NCBI GenBank assembly: GCA_049591655.1
Contig: JBAWFG010000042.1
Span: 6,849 to 70,848 of the forward strand
Direction of reading: 5' to 3'
Source of the DNA: Solirubrobacteraceae bacterium
GTDB taxonomy: Bacteria > Actinomycetota > Thermoleophilia > Solirubrobacterales > Solirubrobacteraceae
Length of the DNA: 64,000 nucleotides
Below, piece by piece: positions 53,692-63,734 of the stretch (its first letter is position 1; every line of letters starts with the position of its first letter). Under the pieces are notes generated by a model. It saw nothing but the letters and a program-made list of their open reading frames with translations. It did not search any database and was not told the DNA's origin. A program made the translations under genes and the position numbers.

Positions 53692-54641
53692 GCGACCGAG
53701 GGGGCGGCGGCCGCAGCGGCGGTGGGATCAGGTTCCGGAGTGCGGCGTCGCCACAGCGTGGCGTTGAGAAACGCCGAGGCGACGACGATCCGCGCAATGA
53801 GATACAGCCACGCGAGCAGCGTCGCGGCGGTGCCCAGCGATCCATAGAGCGCCGGAGCCCGCGTCAGCCTGGGGGCGAAGTAGAACACCGTCGCCAGGTG
53901 CAGGGCCCCCACCCCGAGCGCGAACATCGCCGCTCCCGGTACCAGCGCCCGCCACCCCGCCGTTCCGTGGGGGAGCAGCAGCGCCACACCGACCGACAGC
54001 CCGCCGCCGATCAGCAGCGGCACCAGGCTCAGCAGGAGTGACGCGCCGACGCCGACGCGGTGTTTGAGGTAGGCGACCCCGCTCTCGATCAGGAACATCG
54101 ACATGAGCCCCACCGAGAGGATCGCGCCGTCACGCAGCAGGTGCGGACGCCGGCCGAAGGGCTCCTCCCAGGCGAGCACGAACGCGACCCGCAATGAGCG
54201 GATCAGGCTGATCGACATATAGAGCGTCAGTCCGATCCCAACGACCAGCAGGAACCCGCTCCCCTCGTGGGACTCTCGGGTCGCCTGGCGGACGATCGCG
54301 GCGACCGATGCCCCGAGCCCCAGTGTCCGGGCGACGTGGTCGGGCTGCGCCGAGCCGGATGGTCGCACGAGGCCAACCAAGCCGGCGAAGAACAGTCCCG
54401 CGGGGAGCAGCCAGAGGAACAGGCGGAATGCGATCCCGCCAGCCAGCAGCGAACCGGCACGGCGGCGGTCAAGGTCACCGGCCTCAAACGCCGCTTGGAC
54501 GAGCTCGTGCTCGGAGCGCAGGCGATCGAGCCGCTCGGTTGCATCGCCTCGGGTCTGGCTGGCCCGGCTGGCGACCGAGTGCAGTCGATCGGTTCCGATC
54601 ACGGGCCGGAGTGTCCCGCGGCGGCGTCGCCGGCTCGTCAC
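53685..54641 (-). CDS. YihY/BrkB (ribonuclease BN-like) family membrane protein
   Basis: GGIAFRLFLWLLP and the later polytopic layout are typical of YihY family proteins. Confidence 0.75.
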   Translation of the reverse strand: MTSRRRRRGTLRPVIGTDRLHSVASRASQTRGDATERLDRLRSEHELVQAAFEAGDLDRRRAGSLLAGGIAFRLFLWLLPAGLFFAGLVGLVRPSGSAQPDHVARTLGLGASVAAIVRQATRESHEGSGFLLVVGIGLTLYMSISLIRSLRVAFVLAWEEPFGRRPHLLRDGAILSVGLMSMFLIESGVAYLKHRVGVGASLLLSLVPLLIGGGLSVGVALLLPHGTAGWRALVPGAAMFALGVGALHLATVFYFAPRLTRAPALYGSLGTAATLLAWLYLIARIVVASAFLNATLWRRRTPEPDPTAAAAAAPSVAQ

Positions 54642-54787
54642 CCCCTTGGGATGAGAGGAGCGGGCACGCTCATGGTGAGGGGGTCAGCACCCTCGTCAGG
54701 AACGGCGGCGGCTGGAAGACTCGTCTGACGGTGGAGCACCCCCTCCCCAGCGCACCGCTCCGGCCCGGCACACCGCCGCGATCTGGA

Positions 54788-55162
54788 GTGAGAATCCTTG
54801 TCGTCGACGACCACGAGGCGTTCGGTGAAGCGCTTGAGCACCTGATCGCCGCCACGCCGAACTTCGTCATGGTGGGGCGCGTCAGCTCAGGCGAGGAGGC
54901 TGTCGAGGCAATGGAGCGGCTGTCGCCTCAGTTCATCCTGATGGATGTCGTGATGCCCGGGATGGGGGGGATCGCAGCCGCGCGGACGATCATGAGCCGG
55001 CACCCGGAGGTGGGCATCCTGCTCATCTCGCTTGAGGATCCGGCCGGCTACCTCGATCCCGAGGATCGCAGTGACCGGCTCGCGTGCCGGCGCAAGCAGG
55101 CGCTGTCGGCGCATGAGCTCGCGGTCGTCTGGGACGGGCTGAACACCTGCCGGGACGCCTGA
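54788..55162 (+). CDS. stand-alone response-regulator receiver domain (NarL-type receiver without HTH)
   Basis: VRILVVDDHEAF, ILMDVVMPGMGG, LLIS. Ends after the receiver with no LuxR-type output domain. Start uncertain (GTG 54788). Confidence 0.7.
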   Translation: MRILVVDDHEAFGEALEHLIAATPNFVMVGRVSSGEEAVEAMERLSPQFILMDVVMPGMGGIAAARTIMSRHPEVGILLISLEDPAGYLDPEDRSDRLACRRKQALSAHELAVVWDGLNTCRDA

Positions 55163-55228
55163 GGGTCTGGCGCGCGCCGGCGCCGGCCGCAGTGCCGCCA
55201 GCGGTCACTGCCGCCATCCACACTGGCG

Positions 55229-55645
55229 CTAGCTGCACTTCCCGGATTTGGCGGCCTTGGCGAGATTCTCGGCGGCGGTGGCGACTGCCTGAGCCTGCGC
55301 CGGGATAGCGACGATCGCCTGGGCGCGGGTGCCCGAATTCGCCAGTTGCTTGACCGAATGCTCGAGCGTGGTGAGCGAGGACTTGACCGCGGCGGTCTCG
55401 TTGGCAAAGCTTCCCTTCACCGCTGTCAGTGCCGCCTCGCCGGTGCTGACCACCTTCTGAACGTCGGTGACCACTGCAGTCGGGCTGCTGATGTTCGACA
55501 GTTGCGTCACCGAGTTCTTGAAATCGGTGACCTTCGTGCAGTACGCCGGCTTGCTGCTGGAGCCGCATGCGGACAGGGCCGCTGCTGCGACGAGGCCCAG
55601 CGCTCCGGTCCTGGCGAAACGGGTCGGGATGGCAGACATCGGCAA
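55229..55645 (-). CDS. lipoprotein, unknown function
   Basis: Lipobox AALSACGS. Helical Ala/Thr/Ser-rich mature part with Cys near both ends. Starts 5 nt after the decarboxylase stop. Confidence 0.7.
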   Translation of the reverse strand: MPMSAIPTRFARTGALGLVAAAALSACGSSSKPAYCTKVTDFKNSVTQLSNISSPTAVVTDVQKVVSTGEAALTAVKGSFANETAAVKSSLTTLEHSVKQLANSGTRAQAIVAIPAQAQAVATAAENLAKAAKSGKCS

Positions 55646-55650
55646 CGGTC

Positions 55651-57045
55651 CTAGTGCCGGAAGCTCGCGCGCTGGTCGGCGTGGCGCGCCGGCAGCGGGG
55701 CATCGAGTGAGTGCAGCAATGTGGTCTGTTTGCGCAGGTCGGCCAGGAACAGGTCGGCCATGTCGGAGGTCATCCCGGCCCGCACGACCACCCGCAGCAC
55801 CGATAGATCCTGGCGGTTCTCCGGGAACGTGTACGCGGGGACGAGCCAGCCGAACTCACGCAGCCGGGCGGAGACGTCGAACACGGTGTAGTTGCGCACG
55901 TCCGGCGCCAATGTGAACGCCACAACCGGCAGTTCGGTGCCGTCGGTGATCAGCTGGTAGGGGCCGATCGCGGCGATCGCGTCGGCGATGTGCTTCGCGA
56001 TCCGGTTTGACGAGCGCTGGATCTCGCCGTATCCGTCCTTGCCCAGGGCGAGGAACATGAAGTACTGGGCCAGCACCTCGCTTCCGGGGCGTGAGAAGTT
56101 CAGCGCAAATGTCGGCATCGATCCGCCGAGATAGTTGACGTCGAACACGAGGTCACGTGGGAGCGCCGCCTCGTCACGCCAGATCGCCCATCCCACCCCC
56201 GGGTAGACAAGGCCGTACTTGTGGCCTGAGGCGTTGATCGAATGCACGCGGGGGAGGGCGAAATCCCACACCAGATCGGGCTGGGAGAACGGCGCCACGA
56301 ACCCACCCGACGCGGCGTCCACGTGGACCGGGATGTCCGGTCCGCCGCTGGCGGCCAGCGCGTCGAGCGCGGCGCAGATCTCGCCAACCGGCTCATAGCT
56401 GCCGTCGAAGGTCGAGCCGAGCACGGCCACCACGCCGATCGTGTTCTCGTCGCAATGGGCCACCGCTCCCTCGGCGGTGAGGTGGAACCGGTTCCCGTCC
56501 ATCGGCACCAATCGAGGCTCGACGTCCCAGTAGCGACAGAACTTGTCCCAGCACACCTGGACGTTGACGCCCAGCACCAGGTTCGGCCGGTCGGTCGGCT
56601 TGCCCGCTGCCTTCATCCGCGCCCGCCAGAGCCACTTCAGCGCCAGTCCGCCGAGCATCGCCGCCTCGCTGGACCCGGTCGTCGAGCAGCCGGTGACATC
56701 GCCGTCGCCGGGAGCGTGCCAGAGACGGCCGATCATGTTGACGCAGCGCCGCTCGAACTCCGCCGTCTGCGGATACTCGTCCTTGTCGATCATGTTCTTG
56801 TCCGCCGTGTCGGCCATGAGCCTGGCGGCGTCAGGGGGCATCCACGTGGTGACAAAAGTGGCCAGGTTCAGCCGTGCGCTTCCGTCGAGGAGCAGTTCGT
56901 TGGTCATCAGGTCATAGGCGACCCTGGTTCCGGTGCCCTGCTGGGGCATCACGTCGCGCGGCAGGCCACCGAGCTCTTCCTCGCGCACCATCGCCGGTGC
57001 ATTTGCGTCGCCATCTGTGTGCTGGGTTTCGGTTGCCGGATTCAT
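55651..57045 (-). CDS. glutamate decarboxylase (PLP-dependent)
   Basis: DGSARLNLATFVTTWM, NASGHKYG (PLP-Lys) and overall GadA/B-like order. ATG at 57045. Confidence 0.9.
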   Translation of the reverse strand: MNPATETQHTDGDANAPAMVREEELGGLPRDVMPQQGTGTRVAYDLMTNELLLDGSARLNLATFVTTWMPPDAARLMADTADKNMIDKDEYPQTAEFERRCVNMIGRLWHAPGDGDVTGCSTTGSSEAAMLGGLALKWLWRARMKAAGKPTDRPNLVLGVNVQVCWDKFCRYWDVEPRLVPMDGNRFHLTAEGAVAHCDENTIGVVAVLGSTFDGSYEPVGEICAALDALAASGGPDIPVHVDAASGGFVAPFSQPDLVWDFALPRVHSINASGHKYGLVYPGVGWAIWRDEAALPRDLVFDVNYLGGSMPTFALNFSRPGSEVLAQYFMFLALGKDGYGEIQRSSNRIAKHIADAIAAIGPYQLITDGTELPVVAFTLAPDVRNYTVFDVSARLREFGWLVPAYTFPENRQDLSVLRVVVRAGMTSDMADLFLADLRKQTTLLHSLDAPLPARHADQRASFRH

Positions 57046-57050
57046 GGCGG

Positions 57051-57215
57051 TCACGCAGCTGCCCGCGCCGTCGGGCGCATGACCGCGCCGATCAGCCAGA
57101 GCAGCGGGAAGAAGATCCCGATCACGAACAGAGCCACGTGGCCCTTGCGCAGGGTGGTGACGCCGAGTGTGATGAGCAACACCACGTAGAGCACGGCGAG
57201 TAGAAACCACAGCAT
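57051..57215 (-). CDS. small (54 aa) two-TM membrane protein
   Basis: ATG 57215 with RBS AAAGAGG. MLWFLLAVLYVVLLITLG...IFFPLLWLIGAV. Ends 5 nt before the decarboxylase start. Confidence 0.6.
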   Translation of the reverse strand: MLWFLLAVLYVVLLITLGVTTLRKGHVALFVIGIFFPLLWLIGAVMRPTARAAA

Positions 57216-57368
57216 GACGATGCCTCTTTCAGATCTTTGGCTCACCGCGTCGGCGGCGAGGGAGTGAGTGCAAGTGTCGATCGGGCACCACCGTCCGGCA
57301 AGGTGGCGCGCACCCGGCTGCCGGTGTGTCGGCACGTGCCGGGGCCCCAGCCATCCCATCCGCCGCCG

Positions 57369-58805
57369 TCATGACGTCACCCATGGGTCGTGCCAACGTC
57401 CGACGCCGGTCAGCAGGTGGTCGGCCTCCGCTGGACCCCACGAGCCCGGCGCGTAGGTATGCACCGGCGGCGGCGCGTTCAGCAGCGGCGCCATGATCCG
57501 CCATGTCTCCTCGACGCTGTCCTGGCGAGTGAACGGCGTGCTGTCGCCGTCCATCGCCGCTTGGAGGAGGACCTCGTAGGGCGTCGGGCCCTCGCCTCCC
57601 TCGTCGGCGAACTCCATGTCCAGCGTGATCGGTTGCGGACCCCCCATGTCAGCGCGATGGGCGTCGATCTCAAAACGCACGCCGGTCGTCGGGTCGAGCT
57701 TGACCACCAGTTGCCCCTCGGTGGGCGCCCGGCCGCCCACTGACATGAATCTCAGGCTCGGGGGCCGGCGAAACACCAGCCGGATCTCGGTCTGGGTCAC
57801 CGGGAGGAGCTTTCCGGTGCGGATGAAGAAGGGCACGCCCGCCCAGCGCCAGTTGTCGATCTCCAGGCGCAGCGCCGCGTAGGTCTCGGTCGTGGATCCC
57901 GGCGCAACGCCGTCGATGTCGAGGTAGCCGTCGTGCTGACCGCGGACGTAGTGCTTGGGATCCGCGTCCGCCATCGAGCGGAACACGGCGAACTTGGCGT
58001 CTTTGAGCGTGGCGGCGTCCGCGCCCGCTGGCGCCTCCATGGCGGCCATCGCCACCACCTGCATGAGGTGGTTGACGACCACGTCCTGCAGCGCCCCCAC
58101 CCGATCGTAGAAGTGGCCGCGATCGGCCACCCCGAAGGCTTCGGCCATGGTGATCTGAACGCTCGATATGTGCTGCCGGTCCCAGACCGGTTCCAGCATC
58201 GTGTTGGCGAAGCGCAGGTAGAGCAGCTCCTCCAGGCCCATCTTTCCGAGGTAATGGTCGATCCGGTAGAGCTGTGACTCGTCGATGTACTGGTGGATGT
58301 CGGCGGCGAGCGCCCGGGCGGATGCGAGGTCGTGACCGAACGGCTTCTCCACGACGACGCGCGCGTGCTTGGTGAGCCCCGCGTCGGATAGGCCCTTGAT
58401 GACCGTCCCGAACAGGAACGGTGGGATCTCCAGGTAGAACACCGGCCGCTGTGCGGACCCGAGCGCCTGGGCCACACGCTTGTAGGTGCCGGCATCGCCG
58501 AAGTCGCCCTGGACATAGGAGAGCCGGGCCGCGAAGCGGTCAAAGACGGCGTCCTCGATGGTCTCCCCGGTGCCGATGATGCAGGCGCGGGCGTGCTCAC
58601 GAAGGTGATCGACCGACCAGTCATCCACCGCCACGCCCAGAATCGGGCAGTTGAGCAGACCACGGCGCTCGAGGCGATACAGCGAGCGGAAGGTCATCAC
58701 CTTTGCCAGATCGCCGGTGATGCCAAAGGCGACGAATACGTCGGCCGCCTGCGGTCGGGCTGCGGCCTGCGTGCCCTCTGCCTGTGCGTCTACGACGACT
58801 GCCAT
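57369..58805 (-). CDS. zwf: glucose-6-phosphate 1-dehydrogenase
   Basis: FGITGDLA NADP motif, RIDHYLGK active-site motif and EKPFG. RBS GAAGGAG before ATG 58805. Confidence 0.95.
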   Translation of the reverse strand: MAVVVDAQAEGTQAAARPQAADVFVAFGITGDLAKVMTFRSLYRLERRGLLNCPILGVAVDDWSVDHLREHARACIIGTGETIEDAVFDRFAARLSYVQGDFGDAGTYKRVAQALGSAQRPVFYLEIPPFLFGTVIKGLSDAGLTKHARVVVEKPFGHDLASARALAADIHQYIDESQLYRIDHYLGKMGLEELLYLRFANTMLEPVWDRQHISSVQITMAEAFGVADRGHFYDRVGALQDVVVNHLMQVVAMAAMEAPAGADAATLKDAKFAVFRSMADADPKHYVRGQHDGYLDIDGVAPGSTTETYAALRLEIDNWRWAGVPFFIRTGKLLPVTQTEIRLVFRRPPSLRFMSVGGRAPTEGQLVVKLDPTTGVRFEIDAHRADMGGPQPITLDMEFADEGGEGPTPYEVLLQAAMDGDSTPFTRQDSVEETWRIMAPLLNAPPPVHTYAPGSWGPAEADHLLTGVGRWHDPWVTS

Positions 58806-59005
58806 GGTGATCTCCTTCGCTGCCGCGTCTCCGCGGCGCCACACGGATTGATTGCCAAGCGCCGGAACCTAGGAGGCGCGCGCGTTGCCGCATCACCCCG
58901 AATGGGTGAACGGAGGGCCGGCGCCGACGCAGCGGCCACCCTGATCGGCGAATCATCCGTTCAGGGTGATGCCTCTGCGTCGGCGCGGAGCTTTGCTCGG
59001 GACGG

Positions 59006-60415
59006 ATGACCAACGACCTCGCACGGTGGCAGTTCGCCACGACGAGCATCTACCACTTTCTGTTCGTACCGGTGACGATCGGGCTGGCGTTTCTGGTCGC
59101 GCTCCTGCAGACGGCGTGGCACCGCAACGGACAGCCGGAATACCGGCGCGTGACCCGGTTCTTCGGAACACTGCTGCTGATCAATGTGGCGGTGGGCGTT
59201 GTCACCGGACTCGTGCAGGAGTTCGAGTTCGGGATGAACTGGTCGACGTACTCCCGGTTTGTGGGTGACGTGTTCGGAGCCCCGCTGGCGATGGAGGGGC
59301 TGGCCGCGTTCTTTTTGGAGTCGACGTTTCTCGGGCTCTGGCTATTCGGCTGGGACCGGCTGCCCAAGCGGGTCCACCTCGCGTGCATCTGGATGGTGGC
59401 GATCGGCTCGATGCTGTCGGCGCTGTTCATCCTGGCCGCCAACTCGTGGATGCAGCACCCGGTCGGCTATGCCCTGAATGCCAAGGGACAGCCGGTGCTC
59501 AACAACATCGGGGCGCTGTTCACCAATCCGACGTTCCTGTGGGGCTACGTGCACGTGATCCTGGCATCGCTGGTCACCGGGTCGCTGGTGATGCTGGCGG
59601 TGTCGGCGTGGTACCTGCGCACGGGGAGGGAAGTTGAGTCCTTTCACCGGACGGCGCGGGTGGCGCTGCTGGTGCTGCTGCCGGCGATCCTGATCCAGAT
59701 GTTCGTCGGTAACAAGCTCGGCGAGATCGAGAACACCTACCAGCCGGCGAAGATCGCGGCCGCCGAAGCCCAGTGGAATAACTGCCAGCCGTGCTCGTTC
59801 TCGCTGTTTCAGATCGGTGGCGGCAGCAACGATCAGACGCCGACGGAGCTCATCGCGATCCCTCACCTGCTGTCGGTGCTGGCCACCGGTAGCTGGAATG
59901 GGCCGGTCACCGGACTGAACGAGCTGCAGTCCCAGTATCAGAAAAAGTATGGACCCGGCAACTACATCCCGGACGTGTTCATCCAGTACTGGTCGATGCG
60001 TGTGATGGCCTACCTCGGCTCGCTGATCGCGCTGCTGGCCCTGTGGGGCGGGTGGCTGATCCATCGCGGAACGCTGGGTCGCTCCAAATGGTTTCTGCGC
60101 GGCGCATTGTGGGCGGTGGTGACGCCGTTTCTGATGAATACCGCGGGTTGGCTGCTGACCGAGAGCGGACGTCAGCCGTGGATCGTCCAGGGGCTGATGA
60201 AGACCGTCAACGCGAATTCGCCGTCGGTCACATCAACCGATATCTGGATCAGCCTGGTCGTGTTCGTGCTCATTTACATCGCGTTGGGCGCCGCCGACCT
60301 GCTCCTGATGCTGCGCTACGCGCGCCGGGGCCTGGACGACGAGGACGTTGCCGGATCGGATACGAGCTCAGGAGCGCGACCGGGGGCACCGGCGGTCCCG
60401 GTGCTCACCTACTAG
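59006..60415 (+). CDS. cydA: cytochrome bd ubiquinol oxidase subunit I
   Basis: LARWQFATTSIYHFLFVP, the GWxxxExGRQPW motif (GWLLTESGRQPW) and Q-loop. Confidence 0.95.
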   Translation: MTNDLARWQFATTSIYHFLFVPVTIGLAFLVALLQTAWHRNGQPEYRRVTRFFGTLLLINVAVGVVTGLVQEFEFGMNWSTYSRFVGDVFGAPLAMEGLAAFFLESTFLGLWLFGWDRLPKRVHLACIWMVAIGSMLSALFILAANSWMQHPVGYALNAKGQPVLNNIGALFTNPTFLWGYVHVILASLVTGSLVMLAVSAWYLRTGREVESFHRTARVALLVLLPAILIQMFVGNKLGEIENTYQPAKIAAAEAQWNNCQPCSFSLFQIGGGSNDQTPTELIAIPHLLSVLATGSWNGPVTGLNELQSQYQKKYGPGNYIPDVFIQYWSMRVMAYLGSLIALLALWGGWLIHRGTLGRSKWFLRGALWAVVTPFLMNTAGWLLTESGRQPWIVQGLMKTVNANSPSVTSTDIWISLVVFVLIYIALGAADLLLMLRYARRGLDDEDVAGSDTSSGARPGAPAVPVLTY

Positions 60416-60424
60416 GAGGGGACG

Positions 60425-61462
60425 ATGCACCTTCACACCGTCTGGTTCGTGATCATCGTGATCCTCTGGGTTGGGTTCTTCGTGCTGGAGGGCTTTGATT
60501 TCGGCGTCGGGATGTTGCATACGATCGTCGGCCGCAGCGACACCGAGCGGCGCGTCGCACTGAACACGATCGGCCCCTTCTGGGATGGCAACGAGGTGTG
60601 GCTGATCGTCGCCGGCGCCGGCACCTTCGCGGCGTTCCCGGGTTGGTACGCGACGATGTTCTCCGCCCTGTACCTGGCGCTGCTCCTCGTCCTGGCGGCC
60701 CTGATGGCTCGCGGCGTCGCGTTCGAGTACCGGCGCAAGAGCGACAACCCCCGCTGGCGGACCGCATGGAGATCGTGTACCACGATCGGCAGTCTGCTGA
60801 TCCCGCTGCTCATCGGCGTGGGACTGGGCGATCTGCTCAACGGCCTGCCGATCGACCAGAACCACAACTTCACCGGCAACTTCTTCGACCTCCTGACGCC
60901 CTACGGCCTGTGGACCGGGCTGACCCTCGTCGCTCTCTGTCTGCTGCACGGCGCCACGTTCCTGAAGCTCAAGACGACCGACGCTGTGCGGGAACGCGCA
61001 CGCGGGGTGGCGCGACCGGTCGGCTGGGCTGCCACAGCGCTCGTGATCGGCTTCGTGATCTGGACGCGGGCGGTCGCCAACGGCGCGGACGTACCGGGTC
61101 CGGTCGAGATCCTGGCGGTGCTCGCGGTCATCGCCGCCGCCCGGCTGGCCGTGTCCGAGCATTACGACGGATGGGCATTCACGGCGTCGGCGATCGCCAT
61201 CGCCGCCAGCGTCGCCTCCATCTTCATCGACCTCTATCCCAACGTCATGATCTCCAGCACCAACGCCGCCTACAACCTGAGCGTCAACAACTCCGCATCG
61301 GGCTCATACGCGCTCAAGGTCATGACGATCGTCGCGGTGATCTTCTTCCCGATCGTGCTGCTCTACCAGGGCTGGTCGTTCCACGTGTTCCGGGCCCGCG
61401 TCACTGCTCCGCCAGGACAGCCCGACGCCCCGGCCGTCCGACCGGGCTCTCCCCCGGCGTGA
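60425..61462 (+). CDS. cydB: cytochrome bd ubiquinol oxidase subunit II
   Basis: FFVLEGFDFGVGML, IGPFWDGNEVWL, and the position after cydA. Confidence 0.95.
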   Translation: MHLHTVWFVIIVILWVGFFVLEGFDFGVGMLHTIVGRSDTERRVALNTIGPFWDGNEVWLIVAGAGTFAAFPGWYATMFSALYLALLLVLAALMARGVAFEYRRKSDNPRWRTAWRSCTTIGSLLIPLLIGVGLGDLLNGLPIDQNHNFTGNFFDLLTPYGLWTGLTLVALCLLHGATFLKLKTTDAVRERARGVARPVGWAATALVIGFVIWTRAVANGADVPGPVEILAVLAVIAAARLAVSEHYDGWAFTASAIAIAASVASIFIDLYPNVMISSTNAAYNLSVNNSASGSYALKVMTIVAVIFFPIVLLYQGWSFHVFRARVTAPPGQPDAPAVRPGSPPA

Positions 61463-61872
61463 GCTCGGGGGAGACAGTCGACGGCGACCCACAGACCGGT
61501 ACTTGACCAGAAGGTCGACGACAGGCCTTCCTGGACCGGTGACTGGACCTGTGACTGGACGTGTGACTGGGCCGCGACGTGGTCAGCGAACTGGCGCTCG
61601 AACTCGGGCCACCATTCGGGGGCGTTGCCCGGCGAACCCTTCGGCGGGATGCGATCCTCGCCCCGACGCAGTCCACCGCCACCGCCGCCGTCATCGTCGC
61701 CCGGATCGCCGCCTCCGTGTTCGCGCCGTTGGAAGATACGCCTCACGTAGATCGCCTCGCAGGCGATCGCGAGCAGGATCAGACCGGCTGCGACGTAGCC
61801 CAGCCCGGACGCTCCCCTCGTCGCCGGTTCCGGGCCGAGGTTTGCGGTCAGCGCGAGGGCGACGTTTGTCAC
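61363..61872 (-). CDS. hypothetical membrane-anchored protein with Gly/Asp-rich linker
   Basis: GTG start, one TM segment (GYVAAGLILLAIACEAIYV), then GGGDPGDDDGGGGGG and PEWWPEFERQFADHV. Third-position GC is high. The C-terminal 100 nt overlaps the cydB 3' end, so the true end is uncertain. Confidence 0.45.
   Translation of the reverse strand: MTNVALALTANLGPEPATRGASGLGYVAAGLILLAIACEAIYVRRIFQRREHGGGDPGDDDGGGGGGLRRGEDRIPPKGSPGNAPEWWPEFERQFADHVAAQSHVQSQVQSPVQEGLSSTFWSSTGLWVAVDCLPRAHAGGEPGRTAGASGCPGGAVTRARNTWNDQPW
61531..61572. repeat. 12-nt tandem repeat, about 3.5 copies (CTGGACNNGTGA)
   Basis: CTGGACCGGTGA CTGGACCTGTGA CTGGACGTGTGA CTGGGC. On the minus strand it encodes the (S-x-V-Q) repeat SHVQSQVQSPVQ. 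Confidence 0.85.
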
Positions 61873-61890
61873 TGAGCGACTACCCCCACC

Positions 61891-62394
61891 TCACCGCAGC
61901 CCGCGGCGGACTTGGTCGTCGACCGTTGCCACAGCCCCGACGTACGCGGCGTGGGTGCCGAATGCGGTCGCGATCACGCTCGGCGGCCAGCGCCAGGGTG
62001 GCGGCGTGCGTCCAAGCAACGGGAACAGGGTCAGGGTCGCGGTCATCAGCGTCGCGCCGAAGGCGCCGCTGGCCCACGGCTCGCGCAAGCGTCGGCGGAG
62101 CAGCCCATGCCAGATCCCGAACACCGAGCCATAACTCCAGCGCAGGGCAAGTCCCAGCTCGTTCTCCTCGCGGTCGCTGACGGACGGCAGGTGCATGATC
62201 CCGGCGACGATCTGACCGGGCACCAGGCTGTCGTCGTAGTCGAGCGGCTTATGGTGATCTGGACGCAGCCGGCGCTCGGCCGCGTAGGCCAACGTCATCG
62301 TGGCTGTCCCGGCGGCTCCGGCGAGGACACTGCGGATCGGCCACGGCACCGGCATCTGTTCGCAGTTTGGTCGTCGCCGACGATGGGACATCAC
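61891..62394 (-). CDS. hypothetical membrane protein
   Basis: ORF with 3-4 hydrophobic segments. No recognised motif. Start uncertain. Confidence 0.5.
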   Translation of the reverse strand: MMSHRRRRPNCEQMPVPWPIRSVLAGAAGTATMTLAYAAERRLRPDHHKPLDYDDSLVPGQIVAGIMHLPSVSDREENELGLALRWSYGSVFGIWHGLLRRRLREPWASGAFGATLMTATLTLFPLLGRTPPPWRWPPSVIATAFGTHAAYVGAVATVDDQVRRGLR

Positions 62395-62429
62395 CTGAAT
62401 CGAGTGAGCCGGCTGCGCCGGCTGCTTTA

Positions 62430-63734
62430 TTAGGCGGCTGTATGGCCGCTCGGCCGCGTTCGCGGGCCGCCGATCCCCTGCGTGTCGGCGATGTTCGCCC
62501 GATCGAGGTCCACTGAGTCCCCAAAGGATTGGGCGACCGTGGCGTCGAGTCGTGCCAACTCGTCGCGGACTGCTGCGCGGTATTCCGGGCGCACCTCCGT
62601 GTGCAGCTCCTCGAGCAGCGCCCGCATTCGGCGCATGATCTGGATTCCGCCGTTCCCATACTCGCGGATCTCGTTGACCGTCAGTGCGAGGTAGTCCTCC
62701 CAGCTGCGAGCGGGAACCACCACGCCTCGGCGCGGGCGACCAGCGTTGCCCCAGGTGTTGATCGGCAACTCGGTCGTGCCGACGACCCGAAGGGTCTCGC
62801 CGAGATAGTCGAGCACCTGCACCGCAGTGGTGGGGTCATTGACCGCGGGGGAGAGGGCGCGATTGGCGACGTCGACCAGGATGCGGATGGCGAATGAGGG
62901 GTCCTGCTCGATCGTTCGTTCGTCGCCGAGCGCGACCATGTTCGCCAGGTGCCGCTCGGCCCGAGCGCTGTGATCGCCGCCGCCGTACACGTCGATCAGC
63001 GTGGCGCCGGACGGCACGAAGTCCCCGATCGCGTGGCGCAGCACGATCAGGCAATCCTCCTGACGCGCCCAGGCTACGAGCGCATCGGCGTGGGCACCCT
63101 GGATGGCCCCGGCACGCGGACTGCGAACGGTGAGCGAAGGCGTCTCCGGCTCCGCATCGAGCACACCGATGAAGACGTCGGGGTTGGCCGCGCGGTGCAC
63201 CTCGTAGGTGAAGTTGTCAAGGAAGTACTCGTGAACGAGCGCTGCCACCGCGACCGGTCGCAGCCGGTGCAGGTAGCGGTCGAGGAAGACCAGGAAGGCC
63301 AACAGGCCCGCGATCACGAGCACGCCGGCCACCGATACTCCGATGTTGGGGACGAAGTTGGTCTCCACGTGCCGCATCAGCGAGAACGCGAACGCGAGCG
63401 TTCCGACGAGCAGCGCGAGCAGGATCTTGAGCATGCGGTCCCGGTACCACAGCCGCATGTAGCGGGCCGAGAAGGTGCCCGTCGCCATCTGAACGACGAG
63501 CGTGGTCACGGTGACGACAAAGCCGGTCAGCGCCGCCATTGCGCCGACGATCGCCGCCAGGACGGCGGTCGCCGTCGATGCGGAATACTGCAGCTGGGAC
63601 GGCAGGTGGGCGCTTTCGTCGATCTGGACATCGGCCACGCCCAGCAGCGCGCCGAATACCGCGCCCGCCAGTGGCAGCACCCAGAGCGAGTCCCGCACAT
63701 ACAGCCGGGTTCGGAAGTTCCGGCGCCAGTTCAT
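62430..63734 (-). CDS. DUF2254-like membrane protein
   Basis: N-terminal four-TM region beginning RLYVRDSLWVLPL, followed by a large soluble domain (pattern remembered for DUF2254). ATG 63734 overlaps the stop of the upstream ABC gene (ATGA). Confidence 0.7.
   Translation of the reverse strand: MNWRRNFRTRLYVRDSLWVLPLAGAVFGALLGVADVQIDESAHLPSQLQYSASTATAVLAAIVGAMAALTGFVVTVTTLVVQMATGTFSARYMRLWYRDRMLKILLALLVGTLAFAFSLMRHVETNFVPNIGVSVAGVLVIAGLLAFLVFLDRYLHRLRPVAVAALVHEYFLDNFTYEVHRAANPDVFIGVLDAEPETPSLTVRSPRAGAIQGAHADALVAWARQEDCLIVLRHAIGDFVPSGATLIDVYGGGDHSARAERHLANMVALGDERTIEQDPSFAIRILVDVANRALSPAVNDPTTAVQVLDYLGETLRVVGTTELPINTWGNAGRPRRGVVVPARSWEDYLALTVNEIREYGNGGIQIMRRMRALLEELHTEVRPEYRAAVRDELARLDATVAQSFGDSVDLDRANIADTQGIGGPRTRPSGHTAA

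Noticed and set aside
57216-57368. Several GC hairpins between the zwf stop and the small membrane gene, considered as a structured regulatory RNA.
   Set aside because: No conserved riboswitch motif recognised. They are most simply explained as the zwf terminator region plus a promoter for the decarboxylase operon.
58948-58966. Possible Rex operator (TGTGAA-N6-TTCACA type) upstream of cydA: GGCGAATCATCCGTTCAGG.
   Set aside because: Only about 4/6 matches per half-site, with ambiguous spacing. Too weak to call without a genome-wide matrix scan.
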